This document shows, piece by piece, positions 37,027-49,108 of a DNA stretch of 64,000 bases. Location: NCBI GenBank assembly GCA_038087875.1, contig CM075997.1, positions 4,652,001 through 4,716,000 on the forward strand. Reading direction: 5' to 3'. The DNA comes from Malacoraja senta (taxonomy: Eukaryota). The translations under genes and the position numbers were made by a program. The notes beneath the pieces were generated by a model that saw only the letters and a list, made by a program, of their open reading frames with translations, searched no databases and was not told the origin of the DNA. Each line of letters opens with the position of its first letter. Position 1 is the first letter of the stretch.

Positions 37027-39764
37027 TAACTCAACGTGGGAAAGGCTGCAACTCATCTGGAGAGAAGGAATGGAGACTTATGGAGAACTGAGACTCTCAG
37101 TCTGAAGAAGGGTCTCGACCCGAAACGTCACCCAATCCTTCTCTCCAGATGAGTTGCAGCCTTTCCCCATTGAGTTAAGGGCCTGTCCCACTTGGCCGTC
37201 ATTTGCCTGTCCCATTTCAGTTACTCCAGCACTTTGTGTCTATATTCAGTGTAAACCAGCATCTGTAGTTCCTTCCTACACACCTGGAGTCCTTTTCCCC
37301 CTGGTCAACTCTCCCACTGACACAAGGTGGGAGGAGGGGGTGTCCTGCGTGACGTTCCAGAATTCCCAACCACTGGAAAAGCACTTCAATACAATACAAT
37401 ACGCTGCAGGCGTCCAGATGAGCAGACAAGGTAAAAGGTTCCAACCTACATGTGACCCCCTGATTCTATCTCAGGTCTTGAGGATCTGTTACTTACACTG
37501 CTCTGCATTAGGTGTAACGAACACACGCTCACACACTCCGACCAGTAACGTTACCTCCATCCTTCACACTCCATCAGTACGGTTTTCCCGGCACTACGCA
37601 CCAGCTGCCTCCTTCGTTGTGGTTTTGGAGACACAGCGCGGAAACCATCCCTTCGGCCCACCAGCGATCCCCGCCACTAACACTATCTTGCACGCACTAG
37701 GGACAATTTACACACACACACCAAGCCCATGTCACCTACAAACCTGTGCGTCTTTGGAGTGTGGGAGGGAACCGGAGATCTCGGAGAAAACCCACGCGGG
37801 TCACGGGGAGAACGTGCAAACTCCGTACAGACAGCACCCGTAGTCAGGATCGAACCCGGGTCTCTGGCGCTGTGAGGCAGCAACTCTACCGCTGCGCCAC
37901 CGTGCCGCCACTCCTACTCGCTTTGTTATGGCACAGGAGAAGGCCGTTCGGCCCATCGAGTCAATTCCAGCTCTCTGCAGAGCGAACGCACTATTCCCCT
38001 TCTACCCAGCAAACTGTAGAGTTGGATAACATAGAACTGGTGTGAATGGGTGAGTCGATGGTCGGCATGGACTCGCTGGGCCGAAGGGCCTGTTTCCATG
38101 CTGTATTTCTGAACTCTAAACTAAACGTCGGGGACGTGAGGCGCAAGGCCGGTGCGGAGGAGGGCGATGCCTCCAGCTGCAGGCTTCAAGGTCGGCTGCA
38201 GGAGGCCCCTGGGGCACAAAGATGGCCGGGCGAGGAGAGGGAAGTGGGTTCGCGGGAACTGCTTCAGTACATCGAGCGCGCGGGCCGACCGGACTTTAGG
38301 ACTTTGAATAATGGCGGCAAAAATGTCGGCGCCCATATGTGTGATATATGTAAACAGAACTTCACTGTGCGGTTGTATATGTGACACATCAGTGAACCAT
38401 TAAACTGTTGAACCATAGCCCATGATGCACTATTAAAGCATTGCAACTATCGCAGTGAACACAACATCGCAGGAGAGTTCCATTGGATGGCACGGTGGCG
38501 CGGCGTTAGAGTTGCTGCCTCACTGCACCAGTGATCCAGGTTCCATCCTGACTACGGACGCTGTCTGTACGGAGTTTCTACGTTCTCTCCGTGACCCGCG
38601 TGGGTTTTCTCCGGGTGCTCCGGTTCCTCCCACACTCCAAAGACGTGCAGGTTTGTAGGTTAAATTGGCATCGGGAAAATTGGAAAGTGTGTTTAGGGTA
38701 GTGCTAGTGTGTTTAGGGTAGTTCTAGTGTGTGGGGTGATCGCTGGTCGGCACGGACCCGGTGGGCCGAATGGCCTGCTTCTGCGCTGAATCTCGAACGT
38801 CTCAAGCCTCGTGTGAGAAGGCTTTTGAGGTGTCTCGTGACTCCCTGCACCACAAACCGATCTCCAAGGTCACGGGGTCACACCGCACGGAAACAGCCCC
38901 AGGCCAAACACCCATCCCTCTCTCCACAGTTGCTGCCCGTTTCCTCTAAGTTACTCCGACTGTTTGCATCCATACTAAGACGGTCATCGACCCGAAGCGT
39001 CACCCATCCCACCTCTCCACAGATGCTGCCCGTCCCTCTGAGTTACTCCGACTGTTTGCATCCATACTAATCCGACATTAACCCATTTCCATCATCTCCA
39101 CTATCAGTGCGGACTCGGTGGGCCGAAGGGCCTCTTTCCATGCTGTATCTCTAAAGGCCAAAGTCTAAGCATAGAAACGAGTGTGAACGTGTGATCGCAG
39201 GGCAGCATGGACTCAATGGGCGGAAGGGCCTGTTCCCACGCTGTATTTCTAAGCTGTGTGAACTAGAGGGTGTGGTGAACCGTTGGAGGTGTCGTGTTGT
39301 ACACATTCACTGGCTTGCTCAGAGACTCTGAGAGGGATTGGAGAGACATTGGGAGATGCCACTGCTCTCACCATTATCCTCCCTGATCCAAACACAGTCA
39401 ACAGGATGTGCTTCCTTTGAGTTCTAGGTTTAGAGGAAACGGGCCCTTCGGCCCACCGAGTCCGTGCTGACCAGCGATCCCCGCACACTAACACTACCCT
39501 ACACACACTCGGGACAATTTGTACATTTACACCAAGCCAATTAACCGGCAAACCTGTACATATTTGGAGTGTGGGAGGGAAACCGAAGATCTCGGAGGAA
39601 ACCCACGCAGGTCACGGGGAGAATGTACAAACTCCGTACAGACAGCACCCGTAGTCAGGATCGAACCCGTGTCTCTGGCGCTGTGAGGCAGCAACTCTAC
39701 CGCTGCACCACCGTGCCACCCTCTGTTGCGGCCTCCTTTACACCGACGAGACCACGCATCGATT

Positions 39765-39962
39765 AACTGATCGTTTCACCGAACACGTGCGCTCGGTCCA
39801 CCAAGGCCTGCTGGATCTCCCGGTAGCTAACCATGTTAACCCCCCCTCCCATGCCCACACTGACCTTTCTGTCCCCGGCCTCCTCCACTGTTAGAGTGAA
39901 GCCCACCTCAAACTGGAGGAACAGCACCTCATATTTCGCTTGGGCAGCTTACAGCCCAACTG
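39765..39962 (+). mobile_element. Penelope-like GIY-YIG remnant
   Basis: DRFTEHVRSVHQGLLDLPVANH...KLEEQHLIFRLGSLQP across a frameshift. Confidence 0.75.
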
Positions 39963-40974
39963 TAATGACATTGAGTGCAGGAAGGAACTGCAGATGCTGG
40001 TTTATTCCAAAGGACCAGAGATCAGGGCCTCAGAATTAAAGGACGTTCCTTTAGGAAGGAGATGAGGAGGAATTTCTTTAGTCAGAGGCTGGTGAATCTG
40101 TGGAATTCTTTGCCACAGAAGGCTGTGGAGGCCAAGTCAGTGGGTATTGTTAAGGCACAGATAAATAGATTCTTGATTAGTACGGGTGTCAGAGGTTATG
40201 GGGAGAAGGCAGGAGAATGGGGTTAGGAGGGAGGGAGAGATAGATCAGCATGATTGAATGGCGGAGTAGACTTGATGGGCCGAATGGCTAATTCTGCTAT
40301 CACTTATGAACCTATGAACCTTGTGAAGGTAGTGGTGAGTGGACGGAACTGCAGGTGCCGGTTTATACCAAAGATAGACACCAATGGTCACCAATGTGGT
40401 AGGTGGTATGTCTGGACCACTCTCTAGTTGTGGTAGGATGGTTCAGTTGCCTGATAACAGCTGGGAAGAAACTGTCCCTGAATCTGGAGGTGTGCGTTTT
40501 CACACCTGTACCCCTTGCCTGATGGGAGAGGGGTTCGGGAAACACTAAGGTACTGGAGTAACTCAGGCAGGATACCTGGGAAGGAATGGACAGGGCGATG
40601 TTTTGGATCGGGACCCTTCTTCAAACTGAGTCTGAGTTTAGTTGAGTTTAGTCTATCGTCAGGCGAACCGAAGTACAATGAAAAACTTTGTTGCATGCTG
40701 ACCAGTCAGCGGAAAGACAAAATGTGTAGGAAGAGACTGCAGATGCTGGTTTACACCGAAGATAGACACAAAATGCTGGAGTAATTCAGCGGGACAGGCA
40801 GCATCTCTGGAGAGAAGGAATGGGTGACGTTTCAGGTCGACTCCCTTCTTCAGAAGTCTCGACCCGAAACGTCACCCATTCCTTCCCTCCAGAGATGCTG
40901 CCTGTCCCGATGAGTTACTCCAGCATTTTGTGTCTACTTGGTGTAGGAACAAAGAACTGCAGATGCTGGCATTA

Positions 40975-41445
40975 CAAAAAAACACACAAATTGCTGGAGT
41001 AACTCAGTGGGTCAGGCAGCATCTCTGGGGAAAAAGGAATAGGTGACATTTTCAGGTCGAGACCCTTCTTCAGACTGGAGTCAGGGGAGAGGGAAACTAG
41101 TGGTAATGTAAAGGTATAGAACAAATCAGAGCCGGCACCGGACGGCCAAGGAACCCACAATGGTCCATTGTTGGCTGTGGAAGAGGTGATGATGTAGGGA
41201 TACAAACAGTGAGACTAGCAGGATGATTGGAGGGGGAGGGACGGTGAGAGAGAGGGAAAGCAAGGGTTACTTGAAATTAGAGAAATCATGTTCATACCGC
41301 TGGGGTGTAAGCTGCCCAAGCGAAATATGAGGTGGTGTTCCTCCAATTTGCGCTGGGCCTCACTCTGACAGTGGAGGAGGCCCAGGGCTGATAGGTCAGT
41401 GTGGGAATGGGAGTGGGGAGTTGAGGTGTTTGGAACCAGGAGATC
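40975..41445 (-). mobile_element. Penelope-like element 3' end
   Basis: HSHTDLSALGLLHCQSEAQRKLEEHHLIFRLGSLHPSGMN, then UTR and terminal repeat. Confidence 0.8.
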
Positions 41446-41987
41446 ACTGATGATAAATGACATTGAATCCTTCAGTTTTCTGTAATATCTCCTCTCCCCA
41501 TCTCACTCCTGTGCCACCCACTCCTCCACAACAGTACACGCCCGTTACTCCCACCATCATGCCTATCCCCTCCCCCCCCACTTTACAGTTCATGCTTCTA
41601 GTCTCCTCATCCAACACGCCTTTGTCTCATTTTCATCTCTAGTCTTTGTCACTTGCACCACCACATCTTCCAATCAAACCTCCCCCACCTGTATCCACCT
41701 ATCACTCACCAGTCTTGTTTCTGCCCACAACTCTCTTTTTCAGATTTGTCCCTCCAACCCCACCCTTCACCCGCCTTCCAATCCCCCGCTCCCCCCCCCC
41801 CCCCCCTTCCCCCTTCCTCCTCTCCTTCACCGCCCCCTCCCCCCCCTCCCCCCCCCCCTCCTCACTACAATCTCTGACGAAGGGTTCTGACCCAAAGTGT
41901 CCACAGATGCTGCCGGATCGATACCACTGAATCTTCCAGTTCGTGAATCTCATTCAGAATTGCCCTTCTTACTTGGAGATTAGTTTA

Positions 41988-42295
41988 AGAAGGAACTGCA
42001 GATGCTGGCAAATCAAAGGTAGGCAAAAGTGCTGGAGAAACTCAGCGGGTGCAGCAGCATCAATGGAGCGAAGGAAATAAAATAGGCAACGTTTCGGGGC
42101 CGAAACACAAAGGAAATAGGCAACGTTTCGGGCCGAAACACAAAGGAAATAGGCAACGTTTCGGGCCGAAACACAAAGGAAATAGGCAACGTTTCGGGTC
42201 GAAACCCGAAGGGTTTCGGGCCGAAACGTTGCCAATTTCCTTCGCTCCATAGATGCTGCTGCACCCGCTGAGTTTCTCCAGCACTTTTGTCTCCC
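41988..42295. mobile_element. Palindromic Penelope-derived element with an internal 33-bp tandem amplification
   Basis: Inverted arms; unit GGAAATAGGCAACGTTTCGGGCCGAAACACAAA about 3.5 times; flanking direct repeat AGATTAGTTTA at 41977-41987 and 42299-42309. Confidence 0.75.
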
Positions 42296-42723
42296 TGCAG
42301 ATTAGTTTAGTATTAGTTTAGAGATGCAGCGCGGAAACAGGCCCTTCTGCCCCATCGAGTCCGTGCCGACCAGCGATCCCCCGCACACTAACACTGCCCG
42401 ACACACACTGGGGACAATTTACAATTTTACCAACGCCAATTAACCGACAAACCTGCACGTCTTTGGGGTGTGGGAGGAAACCGGAGAAACCCACGCAGGT
42501 CACGGGGAGAACGTACAAACTCCGTACAGACAGCGCCCGTAGTCGGGATCGAACCCGGGTCTCTGGCGCTGTGAGGCGGCAACCCGACCGCTGCGCCACC
42601 GTGCCGCTCAGCGTGGCTGGCTTCCTGCGCGCACACGCAGCCAGGGCCCGCTGATACAAGCCGCGTGTAACGTCCACGGCCGGCGACTCTCGAGTGACCG
42701 GACGCTCTTCTCTCCTCCCTCAG

Positions 42724-42813
42724 TAGGTCAGGGCGCACCCTACAGTCCCGACGGGCAACCCATGGGCAGCTTTGTAATGGATGGGCAGCAACATATGGGC
42801 ATCCGGCCCCCAG
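42724..42813 (+). CDS. meis3: MEIS exon (equivalent to exon 11): (V)[30 protein letters not shown]
   Basis: Acceptor CTCCTCCCTCAG with tandem TAG, donor GTAAGC at 42814, 90 nt, phase 1 to 1. Confidence 0.95.
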
Positions 42814-43141
42814 GTAAGCTGGCACCAATGCCACCCCCCCTCTCCCTTCCCCTTCCCCTTCACCCCCTCCTGTCTCACCACACTCATCCCACCCACCACG
42901 AGACAACTTCATCGCTGTGTCACTCACCTCCTCCACTCTCACCTCACCACCCATTAACGTTTAATGGCACAGTCTTCTCTTCAGGCCCCCCTTCCATCCA
43001 TTGAATGTGGGGAGGTTGGGTTGGGTTGGGTTGGGTTGGGTTGGAGGGGGGTTGGTGTCTCCATCTGCGTCATCTCGTGCTCTGATGTTCTGACTGTGGT
43101 TCTGTCCTGGCATGGTCTTGGATTGTTTATCTTCCTTCTAG

Positions 43142-43200
43142 GACCAATGGGTGGAATGGGCATGAATATGGGCATGGAGGGGCAGTGGCACTACATGTAG
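43142..43200 (+). CDS. meis3: Alternative short C-terminus (MEIS1a-type): GPMGGMGMNMGMEGQWHYM*; exon continues as UTR to 43238
   Basis: Acceptor CTTCCTTCTAG, TAG stop at 43198-43200, donor GTAAGT at 43239. Confidence 0.93.
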
Positions 43201-44119
43201 TCCTCACCACTGTCACCCACTCGCCAAGCAAAGGGGAAGTAAGTACTGTCCCCAATGGGGGTGAATGTATTCTTTGTATCCACCCGCCCAGTACTCCCTG
43301 CCCGCCATTGTCATCACTGTCTATCTCGTTCTCCCCGTCCCATCTCCCCCCCCCCCCCATTACACAGCTAGACATGCCGTAGTCCATCGAACGATGTCTT
43401 GTCTTGTCTTGTACTCAGAGTCATAGATTGATAGCCATAAAGCCAACAGGACATGGTTCTGAAGTAATTAATGAACTGAAATGTCGGCCATTTTAAAAGC
43501 CATCAACGTAATGTGCATGGAAGGAATAAAGGGATAAAGATGGAGAATGATTTCTGTCCAGTTCAGCAGTGACCATCTTAGTTCAAGTCTGTAAAGGCCT
43601 GACTATGGGGGTGGTGCTGGAGTGACTCAGCGGGTCAGGCAGCATCTCTGGAGAAAAGGAATAGGTGACGTTTCGGATCGAGTCTCAGACAATATCCAAG
43701 ATGGCGCCCAACCCAGGCCGCTCATTGTGAGCTGTTCACAGAAATGTCATAGAGTCATAGAATGATACAGCATGGAAGCAGGCCCTTCAGCCCAACTTGC
43801 CCACACCGGCCAACATGTCCCAGCTACACTAGTCCCACCTGCCTGCGTTTGGTCCATATCCCTCCAAACCTGTCCTATCCATGTACCTGTCGAACTGTTT
43901 CTTAAACGTTGGGATAGTCCCAGCCTCAACTACCTCAGCTTGTTCCATACACCCACCACCCTTTGTGTGAGAAAGTTATCCCTCAGATTCCGATTAAACC
44001 TTTTCCCCTTCCCCTTGAACCTACGTCCTCTGGTCCTCGATTACCTGTCTCTGGGCAAGAGATTTTTTTAATCCCCAGTACCTTCTGTACACGGGTACTT
44101 GCCTGCCCGCTCCGCCAGC

Positions 44120-44440
44120 CTGCTTTTTATTTTAATACAAAGAGCTTTCATTCAAATAAACACAAATACAGAGCAGTAACAAAAATCGAGACTGCCTTTG
44201 GCGGTTAACAAACAGATGTCAGATTAAAATGTTTTCAACTTTGTCTACAATACGTTCGACCCCCCCGCAGTGACCAGCATTCACGAGAGGCCTCCAGAGT
44301 CCCCGTGGACACCGCTTGCGTGCTCCCTCTCCAGGGATACACGGGCACGGACATAGGCCCGGAAGAGGGGCCCTCGACTGCCCGCTGCCTGGATCCGCAA
44401 ATGGCCATCTTGGCCAGGCCCAGGAGCAAACCGACATGGA
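44120..44440 (-). mobile_element. Tx1-clade LINE 3' fragment
   Basis: LLLGLAKMAICGSRQRA, LFRAYVRARVSLEREHA and VERIVDKVENILI* across frames. Confidence 0.65.
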
Positions 44441-45685
44441 GACCCCCGCCCCCTTCCTCCCTTCCTGATCCTCCCAGCCAACAACTTGCATGCAAGGTTC
44501 AACATGGCTGCCATCATTAGTCGGAGCCTGAGGAAGGGCCTCGATCTGAAACGTCACCCATCCCTTCTCTCCAGTGATGCTGAGTTAATCCAGCTTTTTG
44601 TGTCTCTCTGCCATCGTTAGTAGCAGCTCCAGCGGTTCATAGAAACATGGAAACATGGAAAACAGGTGCAGGAGCAGGCTATTCGACCCTTCGAGCCAAT
44701 ATGTTCATGGCTGACCATCCTAAATCAGTACCCCATTCCTGCCTTCTCCTCATATCCTTTCATTCCGTTAGCCCTAAGAGCTAAATCTAACTCTCTCTTG
44801 AAAACATCCAGTGAATTGGCCTCCACTGCCTTCTGTGACAGAGAATTCCACAGATTCACAACTCTCTGGGTGAAAAAGTTTTTCCTCATCTCAGTCCTAA
44901 ATGGCCTCCCCCTTATTCTGCAGTGCACCCAGAGAAAACCCACATGGTCACGGGGAGATCGTACGAACTCCATGCCGACAGCACCAGTAGTCGGGATCGA
45001 ACCTGGGTCTCAGGCGCTGTGAGGCAGCAACTCTACCGCTGCGCCACCGTCTTTGACATTTCCTCCACTGGGGGGAAAAAGTTGTCTAGGAAAAAAACAA
45101 CAACCCTATCTCATAATGTTCTGCGCTATTAGGTCATCCTTCAACCTCAGATGCTCCTGAGAAAAGAATACAGCATCTCCTTCAAGATGCAGGAAGATTA
45201 TTCCCGATGTTGGGGAAGTCCAGAACAAGGGGTCACAGTTTAAGGATAAGGGGGAAGTCCTTTAGGACTGGGATGAGAAAAACATTTTTCACACAGAGAG
45301 TGGTGAATCTGTGGAATTCTCCCCATTCGTCCCCCCCCCACCCCTCCCCCAACCCCTCCCCCACCACCTCCTCCCCCCCACCCCTTCCACCCAAGACCCT
45401 GCAATAAACTTCACGGTTCATGACGATGTATTAACTTTGTGCTCACACTCGCTCCTGTCCAACAAGCTGTTTATCAGGGATCCCCTCACCTGATCTCACC
45501 TGTTTATCAGGGATCCCCTCACCTGAGGTCACCTGTTACTAACCATGATTTATCTTGCCCCTGCAATCAGTCTGAGTAAGGGTCCCAACCAGAAACGTCA
45601 CCTATCCATTTTCTCCAGCGATGCTGCCCGACCCGCTGAGTTACTCCTGAACTTTTTGTGTGTCTATCTTTGGTAGAAACTGCAG

Positions 45686-46137
45686 GTCACTTTAATTCCC
45701 CTTCCCATTCCCACACTGAACTTTCTGCCCTGGGCCTCCTCCATTGCCAGAGTGAGGCCACACCCAAATTGGCCGAACAGCATCTCATATTTCACTTGGG
45801 CAGCTTACACCCCAGCGGTGTGAGTGTTGATTTCTCTAACTTCAAGTAACCCCTGTATTCCCTCTCTCTCCATCCCTCCCCCACTCATCACACCAGCATC
45901 TCGTTCTCACCTAGCAAACAGCTAACAATGGCCAGTTTCCTTTATCATCGTTACTTTTTTGCATATCTTTCATTCATTTGTTCTATATCTCTCCACATCA
46001 CCGTCTATATCTCTTGTTTCCCTTTCCCCTGACTCTCAGTCTGAAGAAGGGTCTCGACCCGAAACGTCACCCGTTCCTTCCCTCCAGAGATGCTGCCTGT
46101 CCTGCTGAGTTACTCCAGCTTTTTGTGCCTATCTTCA
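45686..46137 (+). mobile_element. Penelope-like element 3' end
   Basis: HFNSPSHSHTELSALGLLHCQSEA...LGSLHPSG, then UTR and an intact hammerhead-like core at 46041-46068. Confidence 0.8.
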
Positions 46138-47777
46138 GTCCTGGGAGCAGATGGGAGCGCATTGGGCTACTCCCCACTTGCCTGGATGTTTGCTGTACCA
46201 GCAACTCTCAGGAAGGTGGATACCATCCTGGACAAAAGATAGACACAAAAAGCTGGCGTAACGCAGCGGGACAGGCCACGGTGGCGCAGCGGTAGAGTTG
46301 CTGCCTTACAGCCGGAAGCCCGGGTTCGATCCTGACTACGGGTGCTGTCTGTACAGAGTTTGTACGTTCTCCCTGTAACGTGTGGGTTTTCACCGAGATC
46401 ATCGGTTTCCTCCCACACTACAAAGGCGTACGGGTTTGTAGGTTAATTGGCTTGGTATAAATGCAGATTGTCCCTAGTGTCTTAAGCTGCCATTTACCTC
46501 ATGGATGACCATTGGAGTCTATCTGCAGTATAAACCAGTTCCTTCCAACTCAACACTACTTTGTGTAGGATTGTGTTAGTGTGTGGGGATCAATAGACAA
46601 TAGACAATAGGTGCAGGAGTAGGCCATTCAGCCCTTCGAGCCAGCACCGCCATTCAATGTGATCATGGCTGATCATCCCCAATCAGTACCCCGTTCCTGC
46701 CTTCTCCCCATATCCCCTGAGTCCGCTATCTTTAAGAGCTCTATCTAACTCCCTCTTGAAAGCATCCAGAGAACTGCCCTCGGAGGCAGAGAATTTCACA
46801 CTCACAACCCTCTGTGTGAATTTTTTTTTGCTCATCTCTGTTCTAAATAGCTTACCTCTTATTCTTAACCTGTGGCCCCTGGTTCTGGACTCCCCCAACA
46901 TCGGGAACGTCGCTGGTCGGCGCGGACTCGGTGGGCCGATGGGCCTTTTTCCGCGCAGTATCTCTAAATGAAACTAAACTGAACTAAACTACCTTTGGTT
47001 TGCTTTTCAAAATGGAGATCGGTCTTTGAAATGGAAGTTTGGAAGAGAAGGGGCCCCAGACCCAGACAGGATTGCACAGGCGATGAGCTGAGGCAAATTA
47101 GCAAATCAATGGGAGAAAGGGCAGGCATTAAGCACACACACACAAGGCCAGGCCGCCACTGTGTGCGTTAATTGATAGTGGGCAGTGTAAGGACGCAGTC
47201 AATCGCAGTGTGTCCAATTGAATTGACAGGGCAGGTATGCAAATACGCTCATTAATATCTCAGATCTGTTACGGGTCAGAACAACTGAACCTAATTCCTG
47301 CATCTCCTGACTGGCCCAGACTAGCTCCCTTTTAGTTTTAGTTTAGTTTAGTTTAGAGATACAGCACGGAAACAGGCCCTTCGGCCCACCGAGTCCGTGC
47401 TGACCAGCGATCCCTTGACCCTTGTGTGAGTAGGACAGTGCTGGTGTGCAGGGAGCAACATTCACACTTAGGGACAATTTACAATTTTTAACAAACCGAT
47501 TAACCTACAGCTACCCGCACGTCTTTGGAGTGTGGGAGAGAGTCGGAGCGCCCGGGATAAACCCGGGCAGGTCACGGGGAGAACGTGCAAACTCCGTACA
47601 GACAGCGGCCGTAGTCGGGATCGAACCCGGGTCTCTGGCGCTGTGAGGCAGCAACTCTACCGCTGTCTTGTGGTTGAATCCTGAGAGAAGGTGGAATGAT
47701 CCGAGGGTGTTTCAGTGTCGGATTAACCCCTTGCACGGTGACCGAGCCATAGTTACCGCAATAACCACTGCACCAGG

Positions 47778-48085
47778 CCGGCACGGTGGCGCAGCGGTAG
47801 AGTTGCTGCGTCTCAGCGCCAGGTACCCGGGTTTAATCCTGTACCTGTGTATCTGTCTGTACAGAGTTTGTACGTTCTCCCCGTGACCTGCGAGGGTTTT
47901 CTCCGGGTGCTCCGGTTTCCTCCCACACTCCAGAGATTTGCAGGTTATTTGCTTTCGGTATAAATGTAAACTGTCCCTCGTGTGTGTAGGATAGTGTTAG
48001 TGTGCGGGGATCGCTGGTCGGTACGGACTCGATGGGCCGAAGGGCCTGTTTCCACGCTGTATCACTAAACTAAACTAAACTAAAC
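47778..48085 (+). mobile_element. HE1-type SINE
   Basis: Full head to tail; part of a dense SINE cluster at 47330-50150. Confidence 0.88.
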
Positions 48086-48816
48086 CAGGTGTGAGGGCCC
48101 AGTCGGCGGGGACATTGTGATGCTGGGCTCTGTCAGCGAGTCTCTGGACACGGCTGGATATTCCACAGATAGACACAAAGCGCAGGATTAACACAGCGGG
48201 TCAGGCAGCATCTGTAGAGAAAAAGGATGCGTGATGTTTCGGGTTGGGGACTCATGAATGGGGGATGCCCCAAATCGGAATGTCACCCGGCCATTATCTC
48301 CAGAGATGCTGGCTGACTCGCTGAGTTACTCCAGCACTTTGTGTCTTTCTTTGGTATAACCCAGCATCTGCAGTTCCTTGTTGCTACTGTATATTCTAAC
48401 TTGAACTTGAACGTCTTGGATACGTTTGATTAAGGGCGGCACAGTGGAGCTGCTGCCTCGCCGCGCCAGAGACCCTGGGTTCAACATTGACCTCGGGTGC
48501 TGTCTGTGCGGAGTTTGCACATTCTCCCTGTGACTGCGTGGGTTTCCTCCGGGTGCTCAGGTTTCCTGCGACATCCCAAAGACGTGCGGGTTTGGAGGTT
48601 AATTGGCCCTCTGTAAATTGCCCCTAGTGTGTAGGGAGTGGAAGTGAATGGGATAACGGGATTAGTGTGATCGGGTGATAGACTCAGTGGGCCAAAGGGC
48701 CTGTTTCCTTGCAGTAACTCTAAAACTAAAAACTATTATGTAAGGAGTTAACACTGGAACGCCTAGATACTGTTTGAAACCACTCAAGGGACAAATAATA
48801 CTTAATAATAAACACT

Positions 48817-49108
48817 GGCACAGCGGTAGAGTTGCTGCCTCACAGCGCCAGAGACCCTGGTTCAATCCCGACCACGGGTGCTGTCTGTACGGAGTTTGTA
48901 TGTTCTCCCCGTGACTTTTTCCGGGTGCTCCGGTTTCCTCCCACATTCCAAAGACGTACAGGTTTGTAGGCTAATTGGCTTGGTATCATTGTAAATTGTC
49001 CCTAGTGGGTGTAGGATAGTGTTAGTGTGCGGGGATCGCTGGTCGGCGCGGACTCAGTGGGCCGAAGGGCCTGTTGCCGTGCTGTATCTCCAAACTAAAC
49101 TAAACTAA
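48817..49108 (+). mobile_element. HE1-type SINE (duplicate of the 8 kb copy)
   Basis: Shares diagnostic variants and the 3' flank with 8047-8590. Confidence 0.88.

Noticed and set aside
38905..39070. Local ~70-bp direct duplication (also a 27-bp one at 45468-45526)
   Set aside because: Ordinary slippage-type duplication within repeat DNA.
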